In this document: piece by piece, positions 24,542-35,489 of the stretch
Position numbering within the stretch: the first letter of the stretch is position 1
Layout of the letters: each line of letters starts with the position of its first letter
Assembly: GCF_011745625.1 (NCBI RefSeq)
Contig: NW_027191480.1
Location: 186,001 to 250,000 of the forward strand
DNA length: 64,000 nucleotides
Origin: Cladosporium halotolerans
Lineage: Eukaryota
Reading direction: 5' to 3'
Translations under genes and position numbers: made by a program
The notes under the pieces: generated by a model
Seen by the model: the letters and a program-made list of their open reading frames with translations, nothing else
What the model was told of the DNA's origin: nothing
Database searches by the model: none

Positions 24542-24856
24542 CTAGGGCAGAAAGGATAACAGGCATGCTTGTGAAATGATATTCTCAGGTCTTGAGAACG
24601 GAAAAGATCACCTTTCTTCCTTTCTACTAGTCAGACCGTAGCAACTCATGGCATGCAGCAAAGTGATCAAACACATCTCCAAATCATCCTAAATTGTGAC
24701 GCAGTCCTGTCCACGATCTGCCACAGACCCGGGGTAGCCAGAGAATCAACTTGTTTCCACGCAGCACAGCAGCACAGCGACTATGGAGCCAAATGATGGG
24801 TTTGCACATTCCAGCGTGTGCATTGCCGACGCAAAAAGAGCAAAAGAATATTCTGT

Positions 24857-24949
24857 TACAAACCCCCGGAATCGAACCGGGAACCTTCTGTGCTGCCAAT
24901 CAGCCAACGTGTTGTTAGACAGAAATCATAACCGCTAGACCAGGCTTGC
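24857..24949 (-). tRNA. tRNA-Val (anticodon AAC) with a 20-nt intron at 24893-24912
   Basis: Minus strand GCAAGCC-TG-GTCTAGCGGTTATGAT-T-TCTGT-CTAACA-[intron]-C-ACAGA-AGGTT-CCCGG-TTCGATT-CCGGG-GGTTTGT-A. Acceptor, anticodon and T stems pair. The intron sits at the canonical 37/38 position, the mature length is 73 nt, and T-runs follow. Confidence 0.93.
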
Positions 24950-25383
24950 TTCGTTACAATTCGGTATTGAATCGATGTGGAGACGAGTGCTGGAAATTAT
25001 ATATTTCTTCAAACTATTGCCTCGTAGATGTACAACTTCCTTTGTCCACATAGTTCATGGGGATTATGCTCCAGGCCAGTTTCAAAAGCAGGGTGAACCG
25101 CGCTTCGAGGTATAGGCTCGGCATTGATTGATCCAAGGTCTGTAAGCGCTATTCATCAGGTGGAGCATTATTTGGAGGGGGTAGCTAAAAATCTACACTG
25201 CACAGATCATTTCTCCAGAAATCGAATTCTTGAGCATGGATGCCGGGCGAGAAAAATATAACTGCAGAAACGAAAAGTGATTCATGTTTCTCACAGAGGA
25301 TGGCTAACCGCTCTAATATCGTTGAGGAGTCAGGAGGTACCGGGAAAGGATTGCCGGTGGATTGCTCGTGGTTTTTGATGTGC

Positions 25384-26010
25384 TTAAGGATTGGTGACAC
25401 CTTGAGACCCCATTGCAGGGGCTTTCTGGAGATTTCGGAAGTTGATGTTATAGACCGTACGGATCAGGTCCTCCGAGAGGGTGTGTTTGGTGCCTTGGCC
25501 GAGGAGAACAGCAGTTCGCATGAGATTTTTGATATCTCTGCCGTTGATCTCCAGGTCCTTGCCCAGTCTTTCGGCGACGGAAACGGGCCAGTTTTTGGGT
25601 ATGAAGTGCCGCCAGATCTGGGTCCTGATGGTAGCGTCTGGCTCTTGGTACTTTTCCTCCACACGATTCGAGGTCAGAAATAGGAGACCTTGATAATATT
25701 CCAAATGGCGGAGAAACACGTTGACAAGTGCGTTGCGCTCAAATTCCTCTGAAGTCCGTTTCGCTAGAAAGAGATCGGCCTCCTCTAAGAGCAAGGCGGC
25801 ATTCCATCTCTCGCTCCGCTTGAAGATTGCACGTAGTGCATCTTCAGCAACTCGTGCGTTGGTGCTTAGTTCCCCTGTGCCCATGGGGATAGAACGGCCG
25901 GTGTGTCAGCTCCGCAACGCTTTCTATGAGCTAATTAGCCAAATGGAGTACGTCTTTCAGTGCTTAAGCTTACCGGCAGTCAGCGTTTTGCGTGAACCGG
26001 GAGGATTCTC
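25384..26010 (-). pseudogene. Decayed fungal AAA+ ATPase (C-terminal half only)
   Basis: Walker A reads NPPGSRKTLTA, intron 25924-25973, then ESVAELTHRPFYP. A 1-nt frameshift at the CCCC near 25885 precedes MGTGELS. Walker B reads LLLEEAD, and there is an apparent deletion after FLTSNRV. No N-terminal half is visible. Confidence 0.8.
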
Positions 26011-26258
26011 ATTCCGATCGTCGTTCGCTATGATACTGTCTAGTAAATGGCGTCTAGCACCAGACAATCATGAGCGGCGAGCAAGCAGAAAATCAAAGCA
26101 GGGAAACAGACACAAATAATCAATAGCCAACGCTGTGTGTGCATATGTGTGTATATCTCCGCTCTCGCCGTCTCGCAGCGCATTCATCAATCCGATCAAC
26201 AGACCGTCGCATCGTCATCCCAGACAGATAGACTCCGGTCGCGTCCGTCTCATAAAAC

Positions 26259-26278
26259 GTAAGTAAGTAAGTAAGTAA
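26259..26278. repeat. (GTAA)5 microsatellite
   Basis: Direct reading. Confidence 0.85.
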
Positions 26279-26418
26279 GCAAGCAGATAGGTAGGTATTC
26301 CGTTAATCGTCATCGAAAGCAGCGCCTCAAAAACCAAAAAAAGAAAAAAGAGCCTTGCGAGCCGTAAACACGCAGAAAAATCAACAAAAGTGGTATCCCT
26401 CCCCCCTCGTCCTCCTAC

Positions 26419-28881
26419 TCATACATCCCCTCCGTCCCCACCCTGCACCCAAGGCCCCTTCTCCTCCTCCGTCGCCCCCAGCACGCCCTCCGCCCTCGCG
26501 AGCGTCAGCACATCCAAATCCGTCACCCACCTCCTACTCCCTACCACCCTGCCCTGCGCATCCCTCTCTTCCCTCAGCGGGATCCGCACCTCGTGCGCCG
26601 CGCAGTCGAGCATCATATCGTCCTTCCAGAGCCTGCGGGGCCCGTCGAAGACGCACAGCACGCGCTTCTTCATCGTCATGCTGGCGGCGGGCGAGGCCCA
26701 GGAGAGCGGGTAGGAGGCGCGGGGGTTGCGCTTTTTGGAGGCGGTTGCGGGGCCTCGGAGGGGGACGCCGTGGGCGGAGTGCGTGAGGCCTTGTTTTTGG
26801 GATTTGCGCGGGCGGGTTGGGGTGGGGCTGGCGCGGGCGTCAGCGCGGTGGGTGGTGGGTTGTGCGTGTGGTTGTCACCTTTGGTTGTTGGCGGTGGTGG
26901 TGGAGGAGGAGGGTTTGCGGGTGCGTTTGTTGTGGGCGTTGGTGGCGGTGTGGGAGGGGGCGTTGCGAGGGCGGCGGGAGCCGTACGTGGCGTCGTTGGC
27001 GTCGTCGAAGTCGTCGTCGTCGTCTTCGGCCGTGGCGTCGTCGTCTTCGTCGTCGAAGTCCTCGTCGTAGGAGGCGGGCTTGTAGTCGACGCTCGCGGGG
27101 AGGTTGTGGCGCTTCAGCGTGGCCTGCACCGCCGCGTCGTCGGCGACGGAGCGCAGGAGCTTGTCGTTGATGGCCTCGGAGGGCTCGGCCTGCTGCACGA
27201 CGCGCAGCACGCAGTCGTCGAGGTGCTCGTAGAAGTCCTGGGCGTTGGCGAACATGACGCCGCAAGTGGAGCACATGCCGGGGGCGTCGCGGACGCCGCT
27301 GTTGGCGTAGCTGGGGCGCTTGGAAGCACCGGCAGGGCTCTTCCGGCGCGCGTTGGGAGGAGTCTGCTCGACGCCGTGGACGGAGGTCAGGTGGCGCTTG
27401 AAGACGTCGGCGCGGTTGAAGCTCTTCTCCGCCGAGCTGCCGGAGCCCGGGCAGAAGCCGCAGACCATCGTGCCCTTGTAGTGCGTCAGGGTGTGCCTGT
27501 TCTTGTCGTACTTGCGGGCGAAGCCTTTGATGTGGTACTCGCAGGCCGGGATGGGGCACTTTTCGGGGCGCTCGTTTTGGTGCGTGAGCATGTGCGCCTT
27601 GAGGTCCTTGAAGTGCCTGCCGCAAGTCGGGTACGGGCAAAGACCCTTGGAGGACTCGCTTGTCGAGGAGTTATTGCTGTGGCGCGAATGTGTTGACGAG
27701 ACGGATTGCCGGCGCGAGCCAGGATAGGCTGGAGCTGCAGGATATGGCTGCCACGACGGTGTGTGTAGGTGTGGCGATGTCTGCATCTTCCCCATCGATG
27801 AACGCGGGCTCCGCACGGATATTGTTGAAGGTACGGGCGAAGGCACCAAAGGGTACGCAGGGTGAGGGGAGTGCATGGCCGGCACTTCGGGGTATGCCGC
27901 GCTGATCAACGAAGGGTCTGTAGCATCACTGTCAGCAGACGCTCTATTTCCCTCCGCCATGATGTGATAGAGAGAGAGGAAAGATGATTTGTAAGACGCA
28001 AAACAAGGAGACGGACAAGAAGAACCAAGAGGGGGTACAAAGTGGCCGCTGGACTGACAAAAGAAAGGGGATTGGACGGGCGTATGCGCATGCGCATGCG
28101 AGCGGCCGGTATCACCGCTTGTCGTGCAGGAGCGCGCTAAGCGCGTCACACCAGGCATGTGCCTCGGTGATGGCGTTGCGGATGCTCGTCGCTGGCCACG
28201 GACGCGCTCCAACACCGGCGACCGTGGGTGGAAAGGTTGATTGGAGCATGCATCACCCGGTGACTGCTCGGTCGAGGCTGGAACTGTCACGGACATAGGA
28301 AAAGAAGCAGGATCTGGCTGGGAGCCGGCCCAGCTTTCTGCAGTCGCGCTTGGGAAAGGAGAAGAGTCAAGAGACGAAGAAACCGTTGCTGACTCACCAA
28401 CACATCCCTTGTCGATGGGTATATTGCCGAAGTCGAAGCCAGAGGTCGGGATCATACTGTCTTGTTGTTGAACGATGCTAGGAACGGTGAAGGAATGCCA
28501 GTCGTTTGCTTGCTGTCCCAGAGCGGACGGCGAGCCGTGGTGGGAGGACATCGCGCTCTGCACTGATGCTCCCGAGTCTGAATTCGACGACAAGACGGGT
28601 GGTTGCTGGTAGTCGAATGAGTAGCCGACCTTGGCGGACGGATCGTTGTGAATATCTTGATGCTCCATGCTGTCTATGCCGAACACACAAGGGTCGTGGA
28701 AATGTTGTTGAACGTATGCCTCGTTATTGTTGTTGTACGCCATGAAGTTGTTGGGGTCGGCGGATGTGGTGGTGGGCATGAACTGACGGTCCTCCCAGTT
28801 GTTATACGAAGCGTACATGTTGCCGAAGTCCTGCGGCATGGATGCCATGGGAGGCGGCTGGTACTGTGCGTAGGAGGTCAT
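26419..28881 (-). CDS. C2H2 zinc-finger transcription factor; intron 27918-28397 (alternative donor 28016) and a possible intron or readthrough segment 26828-26878
   Basis: Fingers CPYPTCGRHFKDLKAHMLTH, CPIPACEYHIKGFARKYDKNRHTLTH, CGFC...FKRHLTSVH, CSTC...FYEHLDDC. A structured-looking C-terminal block YPLSW...KKRVLCVFDGPRRLWKDDMML lies in the same frame beyond the TGA at 26875-26877. Confidence 0.9.
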
Positions 28882-31800
28882 GGTTGCCGAGTGATGGTCA
28901 TCCGAGGAAGTAGAGGCTTCCTGCAGGATGGTTGCTGGATCGATTGTCTGATCGAACGGTCAACGAGGGCTTCGAGCGTCAATCCCAGAGAACGTACCCG
29001 CTGAGTCGGAACGGCGTCGTGATCGTTTGCGTTCGTTCTATCAACAGCACCAGGCTAGAACGTCGACAACGTCTGCCACAGTCCGCGGCGTATCTTCGTG
29101 GACGGCGAGTTGGAACAGTCGGCGCAAGAGGGACGAGTCAGGATTGACGGGTACCTGAAGAAGCTGGGCGAGGCCTCAGCCTTACGGAGGCAGGCGGGCA
29201 GGAAGGTCGCTGGTATAAGGAGTAGTCTGGGAGGGTCGGCGGCTGACACGAGTGCTGACGTTCAATCGGGGTTTGGTGACGGACGGATCTAGGATTGGAA
29301 ACGGCGCGGGAGGCGAAGCCCACGAGCTATCTATACCTACCGGTAAGGCCATGGGCGGGCTCGCGAGTGATACGCATGCGCAGCCAGCCTGCAGCAGCAG
29401 CAAGCAGCACAAAGCAGCAGGGCAGAGACCCTGGCCCACGGCCCTATGGCGCGCGGGAGTGTCGACAGTAGCGTCCGGGCGCGCCTTTGCCTTTGCGCCC
29501 ACCCACCCCTGCAGACGGGCAAGCCGCGAGGGCGGAGGAGCACGAGGCTAGCGCGCCATGACTGAGGCAGCGGAGGCCCTGGCGCCCGAGCAGGCCTATG
29601 AGTGCAGCGCGCGCGCCTTTGGGGGCCAAACACTGCTGCCAAACACTCCTTCGCGCCGCCCGAGCGCGAGGCCCGGGGCGGCAGGCTCACACGCGAGGCA
29701 CGCGAGACTCGCGGGCCCCGCCAGGCGGACGGTGAGGGCGTGCACAACGCCCCGGCACAAGGCGCCATCGCGGGCATCGTTATCCACGGCGTGTGCATGG
29801 ACGGTGGAGGGTGCCCCGCGCGCGCGGCGGGAGCCGTGGTGCACTCACTGCACTGTGTATGGTGAGTCCCCACCGCGTCCCTCCCCATGCGCCTTGCAGG
29901 TTGCCAGCCAGACGTGCCCAAAGCGAGCGTGCACCACCCCGAATCGCTCGCCGATCGCATGGGCGCGCGCCGCATCGGGCGATGTTAGGCGGGATTGGCG
30001 TCGCGCGACGAGCGAGATGCGACTCGGATGCCGTGCGCCCTGCCAGCCCCGGCGGCGAGGTTGCAGGAGCCCAGGACAGGCAGGGCAGGGCAGGACAGTG
30101 CAGGACGGTGGAGGACAGCACGCAGCACCGCCCGCTGCCACGCTCTCACTAACTTGCTCTGCCTCGCCGACCCACCGCATGCCTGACCTGCACGTTGCCT
30201 GCCCGGCCCGCGCCCTACCCGGCCACCTGGGACGGCTCCGCGCGCGCTCATTGGCCGCGTCGGCGAACCCGTCGCTAGCGGCCTGCGCGCGCATCCCTCC
30301 GCGAGGCGTGGGCGGGCGGTCTGCTGGTCGCCGGCGGGCGGGCGAGGCAGTGTATATTTGGGCCCACGCCATGCCGCATGCAGCCACGCACGTCTTGCAC
30401 AAACGCGCCGCCAGGCCGCAACGGGAAGCAGGTCGTGCAGTTGTGCATAAGCAATCTCTCCTCACCGATCCTGCCCTCGCCCACCGCGCCGGCGCCGGCC
30501 ACCGTCGCCTGCGAGGATCGCTCGCTGCTGCAGAACCCCGAGCCTCCGCCAATCTGCACATGCAGGCACCGCCCGCCCGCCATTGGCCGCGCCGCACTGC
30601 CTGCCAACGCCATTGCACCATCCGCTCACCGGTCGGCCTTTGGGGGGTGGGCAGGCCAGGGCAGGGCCAGCGCACCCACCCACTCCCACTGGGTCCGCGC
30701 CCGCCGGCCTGCTGTATTGACTCTGTGACCCAATATTCGTACCTGCGAGGAGCGGCGTCCGCCCGCCTTGTGACTCCGTCCGTGCCAGGCCGCGACAGGC
30801 AATCCGAACGTGAAGCGTCGCGGCGACGATCGGCCACCCTCCGACAACAGCGCCGTGCAGCGGAGTTAGAGATGCTTTCCGCGAGCGTTCGTGCCGCGCC
30901 TGCGGTTCCGCGAATCCTGCGGCAGGCAGAGCAGTGGAGGTAGCTAGGGCCAGCGGGCAGGGCAGGGCACGAACGCACGCACGCACGCACGCGCATCGAC
31001 GTCGCTCGAACCTACAGACGTTGTGACCTGCGGATCGGCAACAGGCATGCTTCAGATGGCGTTCGGCGCTATGCCTGCCGCTAGCGGGATAAGCTTGCTG
31101 CTGCTGCTGCGCGCGCGCCCGCCGTCCTGAGTCGTGAAGACATGGGCGTGTGTGCGACTCGCGCGACCTGATGCCCGGAACTTTGCGTCGCGGCGTTGAT
31201 TGGCTTTGGGAACGAAGGGCCCGCCAGGCCCAGCATGCCAGAGTCGACTGACGTTCGCGGCCCTCGCGCAGCAGAGCAGCACGGGTGTTCGCAGACTCCA
31301 CTTGCACACAGTGGTCGCGGACCTTGCACGCGATGTCGGGGGAGGGAAGGATGACGAGCCTTTCGCGCCGCGCCAGAGTTTCGAAGCGATCACCAAAACG
31401 AGCCCGCGCATGATTCGACACCGCAGCAGGGTGACATGAGCCAAACACCGGCCTGCAGCCAGCCAGCGAGCCAGCCAGCGAGGCGGGCCTGCACGCCATT
31501 CGGAAACTTTTCTCGCTGGCTCCTGTCTCTCGGAGCCGTCTGTCGTGCCGACGGCGCATCCTGCCATTGGGTCGCAGGCGGCTTCGGCTCGAACCTTGGC
31601 CGGCGTCGTGGAGCAGGCTCGTCGTAGTCAGCAAGAACCTCCCGCGCTCGCGAGGTGTCGTCTGGCGGAATTAGCCTTTCTGGCTCTCGAGCCTATCCCG
31701 CCCGTCTGCCGGGGCCGCGATGGAGCTAAAGCCCATCTCGGCCGCGCCGTCTGCCGTGCAGAGGGCACTACGGCGATGCCAGACGCACCCAGGGAATCCC

Positions 31801-34785
31801 CATGCTTTTTTTGTTGCGCCCGCGCATGGGGGGCTTGGTTGCTTTGACAGTCGCGGCAAGCGCGGCTTGCGATTATCTGGCGCACGCACGCACGCACGCA
31901 CGTGCGCGGGCGCGCGGGCAGAGGGCGTGGAAAGTGCCGTTCGGCTCCCCTGGTGCTGTGAGAGGGGGGCTCGTGATATCGCGAGGATGTCCGATACCAA
32001 CGGGCGTCTCTGAAACGCGGCCGTCACTACTGCGTTCCAAGCACACGGACGCAAGGGCTTTTGGCCGTGGCCCATTCGAAGTGGAGATGGCGCCAACGGT
32101 TGCTTGCTTACGTACGTTTGGCACCGGCCATGTGTTGGCCGACACTAGGTGAGCTAAGCCAGACGAGGTTGATGCTGGGCTTGGGCTTCCCCATTCTTGC
32201 CCAGCCAGTCAGACGTCAAAGTGGCTAGTGTCGACTACACATTTTAGCACCGTGCTAAGTGCCCGCCATCTGAAAGGGCACGCAGAACGGCAGCGTAAAG
32301 GCAAAGCCGTGGCCAAGCCGCAAAGACAGCGGGGAAAGACTGAGGGCGACGATAAGCGCAGCGTACGACCGGATTGGGATGAGCGCAGCCCCGTCGTGGT
32401 CGTGGCGGCGCCAATCGTCGCGTGCCTGTCGCTTCAGTATTCCGACTTTCAAGAATAGATCTCCTACTCTATGGCCGGCAAGCCCTTGCTCGGCCTGCAT
32501 CGGGCAACTTCCGAGCGACCTGAGTCGAAGTCCCCTCCACGTGGCATGGCGCTGGTCTCTTTGGCGAGCGAGGGTGTTGATCCCGTTTGATTGTTGGCAA
32601 TGAGAAATGTGCCCAATTACGTGCCGTCCTTTGGCGGCCCTTTCGCAGGATGCCTATCCTGGTACACATGGTCTCGCGAACCGTCTAACCGTGTAGAGCA
32701 ATCAAAGTGGTCACGGCCTAGTTTTGCCGGTCGCGCTCCTTCACCACGGTCTAGACGGCGACGGTCGCAATCAACGAGAACCGTAATGGATGTAGTGGAG
32801 TGGAGGTGCCGACGAGCCGCTTGACTCCCACCAGCCTAAGGTCCAAGGATGCTTTCAACCGGTGGGCGGCCGACGAAACGGGCCAAGCTGTCACGATTCG
32901 TTTCTGCTGGTTAGTATTAAGGACGACTGGCTTGCATGCCGGTGTTGCATTTGTACGGACCCGAGCGAGTGGTGACTGGATCATGATGGGCTAGCGAGCG
33001 ACACGTGGGCATAGCCGAGTCTGACTGAGACCGGTAGCTGCGGTGTATCGGCGCCGCCTGCGTGGAAGCTTGAGCGGTGATGGAATGCTGTGCACAAATC
33101 CCTGCGGTGAGATGGTTACCATTTGTGCAGCGTTGGAGGCCGCCTCTCTTTGCACTTGAGGACTTGTTCTCTGGCCACACTGAGGATGTGTTGTAGAGTT
33201 CGACTACCGGTGTGCTCTGCAGGTGTCACGTCCTTAGCAGTGACGGGCGTTTTTGTCGCCTGCGGCTAGTGTGCATGCACTATTGCACAAGATTTTTGAT
33301 TTATTGTGCATCGCGCCGGTATAGCCACTTTGGTAATCCCAGGGCACACGTTGCACAAAATGCCACAAATACCACAGTCACCTTTGGCATTCCGGACGGA
33401 GGTCCGTCAAACTCTGCTGGGAGTATTTATTGGGGGGCCTTGGAAAATCTGTTGCTGGTTCGCAGTGCCGTTGTTGAAGTCTATTCGTAAGATTGCATGC
33501 GATACTGTTAGGTTTCGCCGGCAGTTGGTGGTCAGGATTGTGACCCCGATCAGCAGGGACAAGTCGACCGCTCCTTTCTCAACAGCTCCGTTCCGCACCG
33601 GTGTGCTGGAGACGTACAGGCAGATCCGTCCTTTGATTCTGCCGCCACGTCATGCCTTCTTTCACGTGCTTGAGCTGCTCAATTTTCGGGTGATCGCAGG
33701 CTTGCATAAATGGTCCAACAAGTGGCACATCACTTTATGCACGCAGCTTCACCGGTGCATCCCACTCACACACACCGCAGTGAAATACCAACGCTCTCGT
33801 CTGTACACACTGCATGTGCAGGTGAACAGCACACAAAAACCAGGTTCGACTGCCCCAAGCCTTACGGCCGCAAATCACACCGTAGCGATCCTCCCAAACT
33901 CTCATTCCAATCGGCACCCACCTTCCTCTTTCGCCCGTCCCCAGGCTGACAAAGCCATCTTTAACGATATCGAGACCTTGGCCCGGCTGTGCACGCTCTC
34001 TGCCCTATTCTGCTGCAGGAGCCGTCATACATGTCACCAACTCATGCAAGCTCGCTCGTTCACCGGACGAATCGTACGCGAGTCCGAGTCCGATCACCTG
34101 TCTGGCGCAAGTCCCAAGGATTGACGATGTGAACTCTCTTCTTTATAAGTGATCAAAACGTGCTCACGCGAACCAAAAGAGAGGCCAGGCAGAAGTCACG
34201 CACGACACCGGCATACCCGCCTCGAACAAACGAAACTCCGACCGAAACCCTCTTTCCCCAAAGATACACCTCATCATCATCATCAGACTTCACACGCCTC
34301 GGCCAACCTCCGCCCTCGACACTATTCCCGAATCCTGACACCGCGACCCAAAGAACCACACCCTCCACATGCCATCACCATACACCGGTAGCCCCAATCC
34401 TACCCCCACTCTCGCGCGCGCTCCGAGAGATCCATCCCAAAATACAGTCATCCGTCCTCTGCCCCACCCTATCCGCCCCGCCACACTCCCTCCGCGCGAA
34501 GGAAGCCCGGCTTACCCACTACAGCCACAGCCACACTCTGCACCGCCCTGCCATGCCCTGCCCTATCCATCTGCGATCGGGCGATAAGTACTATTCCGCA
34601 CGTCGCGGTGACGCACAGCGCAGTCAGCGAAGCAAGACAACCCAGAAAGCAAAGCAAAAGCAAAGTAGGTACCTACCCTCTCAAGCCCTCCCTCCCTCTG
34701 CAGGACCGGCTTCCTCTTTCTGCCCTGCCCTGCCCTGCGCTTCGCTTCGGCTCTCGTAAGCCCGCGGGCTCTGGCGCTGGGTACC

Positions 34786-34808
34786 TACATACATACATAC
34801 ATACATAC
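34786..34808. repeat. (TACA)n microsatellite, ~5.5 copies
   Basis: Direct reading. Confidence 0.85.
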
Positions 34809-35489
34809 GTACGCACATGTTTCCGTGACGACCGCCCGGCCGGCTGACTGCATGCGCCGCTCGCACGTAGCCTTGTAAGGCTGGTGGCGGCGGCTCGGGC
34901 GGCGGCTTTTTGGGTAATGTGCGTTTGCGTGGGGGTGGGTAGGTTCCTGAGTGAGGTCTCTGGCGGTGTGCTGCGGTGCGTGCGTGGATGGACGGCTGCG
35001 TTGCGACGGTGAGGCTTCTGGGGGATGGATGCCTTCGCGAGGCGTGAGAGACCTTGGCGTTAAGGTAGGTAAGCGGGAGGTGGTCTGGAGCGTGGGCTGG
35101 GGGATCGAGATGGTGAGTGTCACTGAGGTGTGTCTTGTGTCACGTGCGAAGTGGTGGACGGCCACTCTGTGCAGGAGGTAAGTGAGATGAGATGGTGACG
35201 GTCAGGGCGAGTACGTCCATTGCTCGACAGGGCGATGTGATTGATCGATTGTGTTGTGGAAAGAGGTCATTGAAGCTATCGAGAATTCTAGAGGGGGATA
35301 TCACATCTAATACAAGCAAGCAAGAAGCAGAGGAGAGGCTCGGAAACACGGCCATTGAAGAGACGAAACAATGCATCCCTCCAGAACAGAACCATCACCC
35401 ATCCTCGCCACTCGCTCAAAGACTCATGCCAATTGCTTTGTACCATCAGGCTGTCGCAATTCAGGCTGTCACAAATCAAATCAAAACAA

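Noticed and set aside
14526..24949. Functional cluster of SEN54, La-domain gene and intron-containing tRNA
   Set aside because: They are separated by unrelated genes, and intron-containing tRNAs are common in these fungi, so proximity is probably chance.
29558..31634. Long overlapping ORFs (461, 383 and 390 aa)
   Set aside because: Arg/Ala/Pro-rich translations on both strands of very GC-rich DNA, with no motifs; expected from stop-codon scarcity.
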